Numbered from the stretch's first letter, positions 54,112 to 63,903 are shown. The stretch: DNA of 64,000 bases from an uncultured delta proteobacterium (GCA_963832165.1 CAWHTE010000004.1:160001-224000); one strand, 5' to 3'. Translations and numbers: made by a program. Notes: a model not told the origin generated them from the sequence alone.

Positions 54112-55626
54112 GTGCTCGATCTCGGCTGGTTCGGGAGGTCGGCCCCTCGCGCCTTCGCCGCGGGCATAGCAGTCGCAGCGCTCGTCGCAGTGCTGTATGC
54201 GCCCGTGCGCCATCACGAGTATCTCGACTACGACGACGACGCATTCCTGGTGTGGAATCCGGACATGCAGCCCGCTTCGGTGGCCGACGCGATCGCGATC
54301 GCGTTCACGCGGCCGCTCGCGTCGAACTGGCTGCCGCTCACGGCGCTCACCCATCAACTCGATCGCCGGCTCTGGGGGCGCAGCGCAGCGGGTCCGCTGG
54401 TCGAGAACGCGCTGTTGCACGCGTTGGGGTCGGTGGTGCTGCTGCTCGCGCTGGAGCGGCTCACGGGGCGCCTCGCCGCGAGCACCTGGGTCGCCGCGGT
54501 CCACGCGGTACACCCGCTCCACGTCGAGTCGGTGGCCTGGGCGATCGAGCGCAAGGACGTGCTGTCGGGCTTCTGGTTCTCGTGCCTGCTCTGGCTCTAC
54601 GCGCGCTACGCCGAAGCGCCGGATTCGCGCGGACGCTACCGGGCGGTGCTCGTGTGCCTGGGGCTGGGCCTGCTCAGCAAGCCGATGCTCGTGACGGCGC
54701 CGTTCGTGTTGCTGCTGATCGACTACTGGCCCCTGGCTCGTCTCGACCGCGCGGCCATCCGCGAGAAGCTGCCGATGTTCGGCATGGTGGGTCTGGTCTC
54801 CGTGATCACGTGGCGCAGTCAGCGAGATACCGGAGCGTTCACGTACGGTGCGGCGCTGCCGATCTGGGCGCGGTTCGAGAACGCACTCGACGCGCTGGTC
54901 CGGTACCTCGGCGATGCGTTCTGGCCCACGCGGCTCGCGGCCTACTACCCGCATCCGGGTGCGTCGCTCGATGCCCTCCACGTCGCCGGCTGCGCCGTCC
55001 TGCTGGGCACCGTGAGCGCGGGAGCCTTGTTGTTGCGGCGACGCCAGCCCTGGCTGCTCACGGGCTGGCTCTGGTACCTCGGCATGCTCGTGCCCGTGCT
55101 GGGTCTCGTTCAGGTCGGCATGCAGGCGCGCGCGGACCGCTACACCTACCTGCCGCTGATCGGCATCGCGCTCGCGCTCGCGTTCGCTGTCGACCACTGG
55201 GCGCAGACCCCGTTGCGACGGCGTTGCACGGGGGCGGTCGGCCTCGCGTCCATCGCCGCACTCGCGGCGGCCGCGATTCCCCAGATCGCGACGTGGCGGG
55301 ACTCGCGCGCGCTCTACGGGCAGATGCGCAGCGTCCACCCCGAAGCCGCGTTTCCAGAGCTTCGGCTCGGCATGGTGGAGGCGATCGGCGGCCACTTCGA
55401 CGCGGCGTCGCTGCACCTCGAGCGCGCGTTCGCGCTCGAACCCAGGATCGTGCCCGAGGTGATGTACCAGCTCGAGAACCTCGCGCGCTCTCAAGCCGCA
55501 CAGGGCCGAACGGCACAGGCGAAGAACAACTTGCTCTGGGCGATCGGAGTTGCGGAGCGCGCGAAGCAACCCGAACGAGCGCGATATCTCCGCGTGATGC
55601 TCCGGATGTTGAGGGCCAGGGACTGA
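54112..55626 (+). CDS. TMTC-like multi-pass membrane protein with C-terminal TPR-like helices
   Basis: YDD, NWLPLT, HPLHVESVAW..ERKDVL, LSKP, ADRYTYLP. Confidence 0.75.
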   Translation: MLDLGWFGRSAPRAFAAGIAVAALVAVLYAPVRHHEYLDYDDDAFLVWNPDMQPASVADAIAIAFTRPLASNWLPLTALTHQLDRRLWGRSAAGPLVENALLHALGSVVLLLALERLTGRLAASTWVAAVHAVHPLHVESVAWAIERKDVLSGFWFSCLLWLYARYAEAPDSRGRYRAVLVCLGLGLLSKPMLVTAPFVLLLIDYWPLARLDRAAIREKLPMFGMVGLVSVITWRSQRDTGAFTYGAALPIWARFENALDALVRYLGDAFWPTRLAAYYPHPGASLDALHVAGCAVLLGTVSAGALLLRRRQPWLLTGWLWYLGMLVPVLGLVQVGMQARADRYTYLPLIGIALALAFAVDHWAQTPLRRRCTGAVGLASIAALAAAAIPQIATWRDSRALYGQMRSVHPEAAFPELRLGMVEAIGGHFDAASLHLERAFALEPRIVPEVMYQLENLARSQAAQGRTAQAKNNLLWAIGVAERAKQPERARYLRVMLRMLRARD

Positions 55627-55696
55627 GGGGCCTGAACCCCATCCACGCCGTTGGCGACGCGGGTATCTTGCGGCCTCGTTCGAAGCAGGAGGATCG

Positions 55697-56809
55697 ATGT
55701 TCGATCGCAAACGGGGTGTGGCGGCGGCGACGGCAGCGCTCGCGTTGCTCGTGCCGGTGGTTGCGGCGGGTCAGGGGAAGCTCGTCTCGAAGGGCGACAC
55801 GATCCATGGACACGTGGCCGATGTCACGGCCGAGGGCGTGGTCTTCGAGCCGGCCCAGGGCAAGGGTTCGATCGCGGTCAAATGGGCCGACGTGGAGTCG
55901 CTCGAGACCGACGGACCCTACACGGTGCTGCACGGCGACGCGGGCGAGGCGCGCGGGCGGATCCTCGGGTTCGAGGGGGGGGAGTTCCTGCTGATCGGCG
56001 ATGGGCCCGCGAACGCCGAACGCGTCGACGTCGGCGCGCTCGTCCATGCCTACGACGAGGGCAAGGCGACGGGCTCGTGGGTGGAGCGCATGCGCGGCCG
56101 GCTGCGCTTCTGGAAGGCCACGCTCGACGCGGCCGCGGCCTACACGGACAGCACCACCGACACGACCGCCGGAACCCTGGGCATGCTCATCGATCGCAAG
56201 AAGGCGCCCACCCACTTCCTGTTCGAAGCCGGCGCGCACTACGCGGACGAGAACGAGCAGCACGAGGAGCGCACGATCACCGAGAACACGCTGTTCGCGT
56301 TCGGACGCGGCGAGCTCGACCTGACCGAACACGTCTACACCTACGCGTCGTCGCGCTTCACCCACGACAATTCGCAGCACCTGGCGCTGCGCTCGGAGCC
56401 GCGCGCGGGCGCGGGCTATCACTTCATCAAGAGCAAGACGCGCAACTTCTCCACGGACGTCGGTCTCGCCTGGATCTCCGAGTCCTACTTCGGCGACGAG
56501 TTCATTGCGGTCGGGAACGACAGGGCGCGCGGTCGCAACGACTTCTGGGCCATCGCGTTCGGTACCCAGGCCGATGCCGTGCTGCCGTACGGGTCGCTCT
56601 GGCGGGCCCGCGCGGAGTACCTGCCCGCAGTCGACGACTGGCAGAACGAGTACCTCGCGCGCGCCGAGACCTCGCTGGACATGCCGATGCTGCAATGGCT
56701 GGCCTTCCGGCTCGCGTTCTCGGACGAATACGACAACACGCCCGCCCCGGGCGCACAGCACAACAAGTTCGTCACCACGGCCGGCTTCGCGATCCGCTTC
56801 ATCCCCTGA
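55697..56809 (+). CDS. DUF481-like outer-membrane beta-barrel protein
   Basis: Signal peptide, GDTIHG N-domain, alternating beta strands, YDNTPAPG near the C-terminus. Confidence 0.7.
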   Translation: MFDRKRGVAAATAALALLVPVVAAGQGKLVSKGDTIHGHVADVTAEGVVFEPAQGKGSIAVKWADVESLETDGPYTVLHGDAGEARGRILGFEGGEFLLIGDGPANAERVDVGALVHAYDEGKATGSWVERMRGRLRFWKATLDAAAAYTDSTTDTTAGTLGMLIDRKKAPTHFLFEAGAHYADENEQHEERTITENTLFAFGRGELDLTEHVYTYASSRFTHDNSQHLALRSEPRAGAGYHFIKSKTRNFSTDVGLAWISESYFGDEFIAVGNDRARGRNDFWAIAFGTQADAVLPYGSLWRARAEYLPAVDDWQNEYLARAETSLDMPMLQWLAFRLAFSDEYDNTPAPGAQHNKFVTTAGFAIRFIP

Positions 56810-56925
56810 CGCCCCCAAGTTGCACTTTTGAGACAACCGTCACGTTTCGGGGTCGCCGATCGCGCCGAATCGGATAGGGCAGGCGCTGGCCCCCACGGGC
56901 CGGCGCGGCGGCGGGAGGACAGCTC

Positions 56926-57342
56926 ATGCGCGACGACGCGAGCCCGAGCGGCGACCGTTCCGCGGGACCCCACGGCGATGGCTTCGAGCGGTATACGGTG
57001 AGCTTGATCGTGGTCTCCGGTCCCTTGACCGGTGAAGAGCACGTGGTGGAGCGACCGCGATGGGTGATCGGACGCGGGCCCGGCGTGGATGCCGCGTTCA
57101 CGGACCCCGAGATGTCACAGCACCACCTGCGTATCGAGTTCGAGCGCGGTCGCTTCCAGGTGATCGACCTCGACAGCACGAACGGGACCCGCGTGAACGG
57201 CACCGGGATCTCTTCCGCGGAGCTCGCACACGGCGACCGCATCCAAGCGGGCGCCCAGGTGTTCCAGATCCTGATCGAGAAGAACGCGCGGACCTGGCAG
57301 GGCCGGTCAGCGAGCGGCGACGTCGTTCCGCGGATCCAGTGA
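56926..57342 (+). CDS. FHA-domain protein
   Basis: IGRG, MSQHH, DLDSTNGTRVNG. Confidence 0.85.
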   Translation: MRDDASPSGDRSAGPHGDGFERYTVSLIVVSGPLTGEEHVVERPRWVIGRGPGVDAAFTDPEMSQHHLRIEFERGRFQVIDLDSTNGTRVNGTGISSAELAHGDRIQAGAQVFQILIEKNARTWQGRSASGDVVPRIQ

Positions 57343-58044
57343 CCAGGCCTGGAACGAGACCTGCCGCGCGTGCACGATGTAGCGCCACGGCGCGTCACCC
57401 ACGTGATAGAACGGGTAGCAGGTCACGAGCGTGAGCGTGCGATCGGCCGTGGGCGCGAGCACGTCGGTGCGCTTCGGGTCCACGATCTGGATCTTGTCGA
57501 CGCGATAGCGCACGACGCCGTCGAGTGTCGTGATCGACATTTCGTCGCCGGTCTCGAGGTGTCGCAGGCCGCGGAAGTAGCCGTCGCGATGACCCGCGAT
57601 CCCGAGATTCCCAGTCTCTCCGGGGCGAGCGGTCCCGGGGACGTGCCCGACTGCGCGATCGAGCGTGCTGTCTTCGGTGCCCTCGAGCACCATCACCGAG
57701 AGATCGGCGTCGGGAATCTCCAGACGCCCGATCGCGTTCACGGGCTTCTCGAGGCTCGCTTCGTACTTGGCGACGCGCGCGGGCGACCACTCGCGCGGGT
57801 TGGGCGGCGACTCCTCGTGGATCTGCCGCTGGACGCGCGCCTGGATCCGCGCGCGCACCGCCTCGTCGAACGCCGCGCTCTCGCGGCTCTGGGTCAGCGA
57901 TGCCCGCGCGCAGGCGCCGCCATAAGCGATCAGACACGCACCACCCGCGAGCGCAAGCGTGTACTCCGCGGCGCGCAAGGCAGTGCGCAGCGCGCGGTGG
58001 TGCACGGTCGTGGATCGCGGTGTGGTGGCGTCAGAGTCGCTCAA
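57307..58044 (-). CDS. Sortase (class D-like)
   Basis: N-terminal TM; IAGHRDGYF (His), TLVTCYPF (Cys), PWRYIV (Arg); AGGAG RBS. Confidence 0.92.
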   Translation of the reverse strand: MSDSDATTPRSTTVHHRALRTALRAAEYTLALAGGACLIAYGGACARASLTQSRESAAFDEAVRARIQARVQRQIHEESPPNPREWSPARVAKYEASLEKPVNAIGRLEIPDADLSVMVLEGTEDSTLDRAVGHVPGTARPGETGNLGIAGHRDGYFRGLRHLETGDEMSITTLDGVVRYRVDKIQIVDPKRTDVLAPTADRTLTLVTCYPFYHVGDAPWRYIVHARQVSFQAWSLDPRNDVAAR

Positions 58045-58068
58045 GACGGCTCTCCTGGAGCGCGAGCA

Positions 58069-58094
58069 GGTGGACCCGCTCGCGCGGGTCCACC
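58069..58094 (-). other. Intercistronic hairpin without U-tract
   Basis: Perfect 11-bp stem GGTGGACCCGC/GCGGGTCCACC; GCGA (GNRA) loop on the transcribed strand. Confidence 0.7.
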
Positions 58095-58098
58095 GGGA

Positions 58099-58350
58099 CT
58101 AGCGGATCCGGTTTCGCAGTACGTGCAGAGCGCCAGCACCCGCGAGAGCCGCCAGGCCCGAGAGGCCCAGCGCGGGCAGCGAGCTACCGGTCTTGGGCAG
58201 CTCGCGCACTTCCGGCTCGTAGACGGGCTCGGGCGCGGGCGGCGCCGGCTCGGCCACGGGCGGGGTCGGCGGCGGAGTCTCCGGCTCGGGAGAGCTCGCA
58301 CACGCAACCAGGTTGAATACGAGTCCAAGGATCAAAAGCAAACGCACCAT
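58099..58350 (-). CDS. 83-aa lipoprotein with LPXTG sorting signal
   Basis: MVRLLLILGLVFNLVA-C lipobox, 33-aa Pro/Glu spacer, LPKTG, hydrophobic helix, RNRIR basic tail. Confidence 0.88.
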   Translation of the reverse strand: MVRLLLILGLVFNLVACASSPEPETPPPTPPVAEPAPPAPEPVYEPEVRELPKTGSSLPALGLSGLAALAGAGALHVLRNRIR

Positions 58351-58431
58351 GAAATGCCTCACTAGGGGGGTTTAGAACGCGGGCAATCATTGCATAGCCA
58401 TCGTGGCTTTGCATCGCGTGTTGGTAACGGC

Positions 58432-59754
58432 TCAGGACTCCTCCTGCTCCCGGCGCCGCCGCCAAGCCTCGAGCCATTCGGCCTGTGCGGCCTCCGCTCC
58501 GGAGCGACTGGGCTGATAGAAAGTCGCCTTTCCCAGCGCATCGGGCAGGTTGTTGCGCGCGACGAACGCATCGGGCGCGTCGTGCGGATAGGTGTAGTCG
58601 CGCCCATAACCGAGCCCTTCCATGAGCCGCGTGGGCGCATTGCGCAGGTGCAGCGGCACGGGCTGCGAGCCGTGCTCCTCGACCGCCGCGAGTGCCCGCC
58701 CGAGCGCGCGGTAGGCCGCGTTGCTCTTGGGCGCGCAGGCGAGATGGGTAATCGCCTGGGCCAGCGGAATCCTGCCTTCGGGCAGACCGATCCGCTCCGC
58801 GGCGAGATAGGCCGCAGTGGCCACGCCCAGCGCCGTGGGATCGGCATTGCCCACATCCTCGGAAGCGAAGATCACGAGTCTCCTTGCCAGGAACAGCAGA
58901 TCGTCCCCCGCCGCGAGCAGGCGGGCCGCGTAGTAGAGCGCCGCGTCCGGATCGCTCGCGCGCAAGCTCTTGATGAACGCAGACGCGAGGTTGTAGTGCT
59001 CTTCGCGGTCGCGGTCATGCAGTAGAGTTCGGCGCCCGACCGCTTCTCGCACCGTGTCGAGCGTCACGCGTCCGTCATTTCCTGAGATCGCGGCCGCAGT
59101 TTCGAGGATGCCTAGCGCGCGCCGCGCATCGCCGTCCGCTGTGTGCGCGATCGCTGCGATCACTTCGTCGTCGAGCGCAGCGCGCCCGCCGAGACCGCGT
59201 TCATTCTCCGCTGCGCGACGAACCAGCAGCGCGAGTGCATCTTCGCGGAGCCGCTCGAGCACATAGACGCGGCAGCGCGAGAGCAAAGGTGCGATCACTT
59301 CGAACGAGGGATTCTCAGTGGTGGCGCCCACGAGTGTCACGGTGCCGCGCTCGACGTGCGGCAAGAGCGTGTCCTGCTGCGCGCGGTTCAAGCGGTGGAT
59401 CTCGTCGAGGAACAACACGGTGCGGCGGCGTTCGCGTCCCGCACGCTCGACAACGGCGCGGATCTCCTTCACGCCGGCGGTCACCGCAGAGAGCGGTTCG
59501 AAATGGGCACCGATCACCTCGGCGAGCAAGCGCGCGATCGTGGTCTTCCCGCTGCCGGGCGGACCCCAGAGGATCAGCGACGGCAGCGTGCCCGCATCGA
59601 GCAGTGCACGCAGCCCCGCGCCGGGCGCGAGCAGCTGCGGCTGTCCGACCACCTCGTCGAGTAGCCGCGGGCGCATGCGCTCCGCGAGCGGCGCGTTCGG
59701 CGGCTCCCCCGGTCCGCTGCTCGCGCTCGGGAACAGGTCGAGCGACTGGGGCAT
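58432..59754 (-). CDS. rarA: Replication-associated recombination protein A
   Basis: PLAERMRP, WGPPGSGKTT, DEIHR, ATTENPSF, SEDVGNADP, HLRNAPT. Confidence 0.95.
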   Translation of the reverse strand: MPQSLDLFPSASSGPGEPPNAPLAERMRPRLLDEVVGQPQLLAPGAGLRALLDAGTLPSLILWGPPGSGKTTIARLLAEVIGAHFEPLSAVTAGVKEIRAVVERAGRERRRTVLFLDEIHRLNRAQQDTLLPHVERGTVTLVGATTENPSFEVIAPLLSRCRVYVLERLREDALALLVRRAAENERGLGGRAALDDEVIAAIAHTADGDARRALGILETAAAISGNDGRVTLDTVREAVGRRTLLHDRDREEHYNLASAFIKSLRASDPDAALYYAARLLAAGDDLLFLARRLVIFASEDVGNADPTALGVATAAYLAAERIGLPEGRIPLAQAITHLACAPKSNAAYRALGRALAAVEEHGSQPVPLHLRNAPTRLMEGLGYGRDYTYPHDAPDAFVARNNLPDALGKATFYQPSRSGAEAAQAEWLEAWRRRREQEES

Positions 59755-59773
59755 GCGCAGAGCCTAGCAACGT

Positions 59774-60650
59774 GTGATTCTTTCCGGCGTGAAGCTCCAG
59801 ACGGTCGGAATCTGCGTCAAGCGCGATCAGCCGCAGGTGGCCGAACGCGTCGCCGCGCTCGAGGAGTGGCTGCACGATCACGGCGTGGAGGTGCTGCTCG
59901 ACCGGGAAGCCGCGCGCTGGCTGGGCCGTCAGGGCACCGAGCTCGACGATCTCGCGGCGCGCGTCGATCTCCTGATCGTGCTCGGCGGCGACGGCACGCT
60001 GCTCTCCGCCGCCCGCGCGATCGGCGAGCGCGCAGGTGCCGCTCCTGGGCGTGAACCTGGGCACGCTCGGCTTCCTCGCGGAGACCTCGACCGACGATCT
60101 CTACGACGCGCTCGAACACGCGTTCGCGGGGCGTCTGATCGTCGCGCCGCGCATGCGCCTCGACGTCGAGGTCGAGCGCGACGGTCAAGTCGTCGGGCGC
60201 TATCTCGCGCTGAACGACGCCGTGATCGGAAAGAGCGCGCTCTCGCGCATGATCGACCTCGAGACGCGCGCCGATGGCGCCTTCGTCACCACCTATCATT
60301 CCGACGGGTTGATCGTCGCCACGCCGACCGGATCGTCGGCCTACTCGCTATCGGCGGGCGGTCCCCTGCTGTTGCCCGAAGACGAGGCGATCGTACTCAC
60401 GCCGATCTGTCCGCACACGCTGACGCAGCGGCCTCTCGTGCTTCCGGATCGCTACCGGATCGAGATCCTCGTGCTCGACACGCGCGGCGGCGACGTGCAC
60501 CTGACCGTGGACGGCCAGGTGGGGGTCGTGATCGAGCAGCGCGATCGCGTCACTGTGACGCGTTCGGCTCATCCCGCGCGACTGCTCGTGTCGCCGCATC
60601 GCAGCGCCTTCGCCGTGATGCGCGAGAAGCTCCGCTGGGGCGAGCGTTGA
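59774..60650 (+). CDS. nadK: NAD kinase (frameshift ~60034)
   Basis: LGGDGTLL | GVNLGTLGFL, ALND, DGLIVATPTGSSAYSLSAGGP. Confidence 0.92.
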
Positions 60651-62350
60651 TCGAGACGCTGCGCATCGAACAGCTCGCGATCGTGGAAGAGGCGGCGCTC
60701 GAGTTCGCGCCGGGCCTCAACGTGCTGACCGGAGAGACCGGCGCGGGAAAATCGATCGTGCTCGGCGCGCTGACACTGCTCGCGGGCGGCCGCGCACTCG
60801 CCCGGGCGGTGCGCGATGGCGCCGAGCAGGCGGTGGTCGAAGCGGTGTTCCGCACCGACGCGCTGCCAGAGCTCGAGCGCGCGCTCGAAGAGCGCGGCCT
60901 CAGCGGCGATGCGCACGAGCTGATCGTGCGCCGCGCGCTCGCGAAGGGCGGGCGCAGCCGCGCGTGGGTGGCGGGCCAGCTCACGCCGATCGCGGCGCTC
61001 GCGGAGCTGTTCGCGGATCGGATCGAGATCTCGAGTCAGCACGACTCCCAGTCGCTGCTGCATGCGCCGCGCCATGCGGAGCTGCTCGATCGCTGGGCCG
61101 GGCTCGAGCCGACGCGCGATCGCGTCGCCGCCGAGGTGGCCGGGCAGCGCGAGATCGCCGCCGAGCTCGCGCGGCTGCGCGCGGCCACGCGCGACCGCGA
61201 GCAGCGCCGCGACTTCCTGGTGTTCCAGGTGCGCGAGATCGACGAGGCGAAGCTCGCGCCGGGCGAGCTCGAATCGCTGCTGGCGCTGCGCTCGCGGCTC
61301 GCGCACGTGGATCGGATCGGCCGCGAGGGCGGCGCCGCGCTCGCGCGCCTGATCGGAGATCCGAGTCAGCCCGACGCGGCGGGCGCGGGCGACCTGATCG
61401 CCGACGCCGCGCGCGCGCTCACGGCCTTGTCGGCGCTCGACCCCGAGCTCGCGCCGTTGGCCGATCGGCTCGCGGGCGCGCTCGCCGAGGTGCGCGATCT
61501 CGGTGCGGATCTCGAGCGGCGTCTCGACGGGCTCGAGGCGGATCCAGGCCGGCTCGCCCAGGTGGAGGAGCGCCTGCACCGGATCGAGTCTCTGCGCCGC
61601 AAGTACGGAGCGAGTGTCGAGGAGGTGCTCGCGCACCGCGATGCGGCTGCGCGCGAGCTCGACGCGCTCGAAGGCGCGGACACGCGCGAGGCCGAGCTCG
61701 AGTCGGAACGCGCGGCCGGTCGCAAGCGGCTCGAGGCCGCGGCGGCGGAGCTCTCGCGCGGGCGCAAGCGCGCCGCCGCGGAGCTCGCGCGCGCGGTCGT
61801 GCCGATGCTGCGCGAGCTCGCGATGCCCGAGGCGCGCTTCGAGGTCGCGCTGCCGCCCGCACCGGCGCCCGAGGGACTGCCGTGCGGAGCGGGCGGCGCC
61901 GAGGCGCCGGAGTTTCTGTTCTGCGCGAACAAGGGCGAGCGCATGCAACCGCTGCGCGACATCGCGAGCGGCGGTGAGCTCTCGCGCGCATTCCTCGCGC
62001 TCAAGCAGGCGCTGCGCGAGCAGAGCGCGGGCATGGTGCTCGTGTTCGACGAGGTGGACGCGGGAGTCGGCGGCGAGGCGGCGGAGCGCGTCGGGCAGCG
62101 GCTCGCCGAGCTCGCCGATCACCACCAGGTGCTCTGCATAACGCACCTGCCGCAGATCGCCGCCTACGCGCACCGTCACTTCCGCGTGTCGAAGCAGACG
62201 AGCGCGCGCCGCACGGGCGTGGCGATCGAGCGCGTGGAGGGCGACGCGCGCGTGGACGAGATCGCGCGCATGGCGAGCGGCGATCGCGCGGGTGACGCCG
62301 CGCGCGAGTACGCGCGCGAGCTGATCGCCACCCGAGGGGATCGACCCTAA
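60647..62350 (+). CDS. recN: DNA repair protein RecN
   Basis: LTGETGAGKS, ASGGELSR, FDEVDAGVGG, CITHLPQIA. Confidence 0.95.
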   Translation: MIETLRIEQLAIVEEAALEFAPGLNVLTGETGAGKSIVLGALTLLAGGRALARAVRDGAEQAVVEAVFRTDALPELERALEERGLSGDAHELIVRRALAKGGRSRAWVAGQLTPIAALAELFADRIEISSQHDSQSLLHAPRHAELLDRWAGLEPTRDRVAAEVAGQREIAAELARLRAATRDREQRRDFLVFQVREIDEAKLAPGELESLLALRSRLAHVDRIGREGGAALARLIGDPSQPDAAGAGDLIADAARALTALSALDPELAPLADRLAGALAEVRDLGADLERRLDGLEADPGRLAQVEERLHRIESLRRKYGASVEEVLAHRDAAARELDALEGADTREAELESERAAGRKRLEAAAAELSRGRKRAAAELARAVVPMLRELAMPEARFEVALPPAPAPEGLPCGAGGAEAPEFLFCANKGERMQPLRDIASGGELSRAFLALKQALREQSAGMVLVFDEVDAGVGGEAAERVGQRLAELADHHQVLCITHLPQIAAYAHRHFRVSKQTSARRTGVAIERVEGDARVDEIARMASGDRAGDAAREYARELIATRGDRP

Positions 62351-62481
62351 CGCGTCCGCCCGCGGGGATCGGCTTCCCTATCTCAAGGACGCCCGAACCC
62401 TCGCCGATGCACCCGGAGACGACGCCGGTGTTTCTCCCGTTTTGTGTCGGGGATCACGCGTCGCGCACCCGGAGGGTGCCG

Positions 62482-62832
62482 ATGGACGCTGAGACCAGCC
62501 GTGAAAGCACGCCTGCGGGGCCCGTGCCCGGAGGCGGATCGATTCGAGTGCTGCGCGGCTTCTACGAGGGACTGGAGATGCCGGTGGATCGGGACTGGAT
62601 GGTGATCGGACGCGGTCGCGGTGCGGACATCGTGATCGCGGAGCCCACCATGTCGCGCGCCCACGCGGCGATCGGATACGACGGGACGAACTTCTTCGTC
62701 CAGGACCTCGGCAGCACGAACGGGACCCGCGTGAACGGGAACCGCGAGCAGAAGGCAGTGCTGCACAGCGGAGACGAAGTCCAGCTCGGCAAGCTCGCGC
62801 TCGCGGTGACGTTGCCGAAATCGGGGGCGTGA
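62482..62832 (+). CDS. FHA-domain protein
   Basis: IGRG, MSRAH, DLGSTNGTRVNG. Confidence 0.85.
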   Translation: MDAETSRESTPAGPVPGGGSIRVLRGFYEGLEMPVDRDWMVIGRGRGADIVIAEPTMSRAHAAIGYDGTNFFVQDLGSTNGTRVNGNREQKAVLHSGDEVQLGKLALAVTLPKSGA

Positions 62833-63797
62833 TGGACAGCTATTCCCTGATCGTCGTCTCCGACGAGACGAGTCCCGTCCGGCGCTTCCAGCTGCGCAAG
62901 GTGCTGCTCAAGCGCGCGGCGATCGGCGCCGGGATCTTTGCCTTGACGCTGCTCGGCCTCTCGGTCGACTACGTGCGGCTGCGGATCGACAACCACGAGC
63001 TCGGCTCGCTGCGCAAGGAGACGGTCGAGCGCCGCGCCCAGGTGGCGGCGTTCGAGAAGAAGATGGGCGAGGTCGACGGCAGACTCGAGCGGATCATGGA
63101 GCTCGAGCGCAAGGTGCGCATCATTGCGAACCTGCCCGGGTCGGCCGCCTCGGGCGGTGAGGACGTCACGGCGATCGAGCCCGAAATCGAGCCAGGCGGC
63201 CAGGGCGGGCTCGACGAGTCCTACCCGAGTGAAGCGCCGGTGCGCCGCCCGTCGCGGCTGCCGGTGATCCCCGACGATGCGGGCGTTCCCGAGCGGGTGA
63301 GCCTGCTCGAGAAGTCGGCCGACTACCTCGGCGCGATCGCCGACGGGCAGGGCGACAGCCTCGAGGACCTGCTGCGGTCGCTCGAGGGCAAGCGCCAGCG
63401 CCTCGAATCGTCGCCCTCGATCTGGCCCTCGCGGGGCTGGCTCACGTCGGGCTTCGGCTACCGCGTCTCGCCGTTCACGAACCGCAAGCAGTTCCACTCG
63501 GGCATCGACATCGCGGGCACGCCCGGCACGGCCGTGATCGCTCCGGCGCGCGGCCGTGTGGTGTTCGCAGGGCAGAACGGCCCGCTCGGCCTCTCTGTGA
63601 CCATCGACCACGGCTACGGCGTGCGCACGCAGTACGGGCACAACCAGGCCCTGCACGTGAAGGCCGGCCAGGAGGTCACGCGCGGCCAGAAGATCGCCGC
63701 GCTCGGGAACAGCGGGCGCAGCACGGGCCCGCACCTGCACTACACGATCGAAGTGGGCGGGAAGACGCGGAACCCGCTCGACTACATCTTCGACTAA
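62829..63797 (+). CDS. M23-family metallopeptidase
   Basis: TM + coiled coil; HSGID, YGH, GRSTGPHLHY. Confidence 0.9.
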   Translation: MMDSYSLIVVSDETSPVRRFQLRKVLLKRAAIGAGIFALTLLGLSVDYVRLRIDNHELGSLRKETVERRAQVAAFEKKMGEVDGRLERIMELERKVRIIANLPGSAASGGEDVTAIEPEIEPGGQGGLDESYPSEAPVRRPSRLPVIPDDAGVPERVSLLEKSADYLGAIADGQGDSLEDLLRSLEGKRQRLESSPSIWPSRGWLTSGFGYRVSPFTNRKQFHSGIDIAGTPGTAVIAPARGRVVFAGQNGPLGLSVTIDHGYGVRTQYGHNQALHVKAGQEVTRGQKIAALGNSGRSTGPHLHYTIEVGGKTRNPLDYIFD

Positions 63798-63903
63798 GCG
63801 CCCACGATCAAAGATTTCGCTTGGCGCATCGCAGGTTTGCCCGCGAATTGCGGCTCTCGTACACTCCGCGCCTCGCTCGCCCCCGCCGCGTGCGTAAAGC
63901 GCC

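Noticed and set aside
58384..58402. Sigma54 promoter upstream of the LPXTG lipoprotein
   Set aside because: On the minus strand TGGC and TTGC are present, but the GG-GC spacing is 13 rather than 10.
59774..62350. Apparent NadK-RecN fusion ORF
   Set aside because: Produced by the frameshift at ~60034; nadK ends at 60650 and recN starts at TTG 60647.
57174..62738. Identical ~26-nt stretch in the two FHA genes
   Set aside because: Encodes the conserved STNGTRVNG motif with preferred codons; not a mobile repeat.
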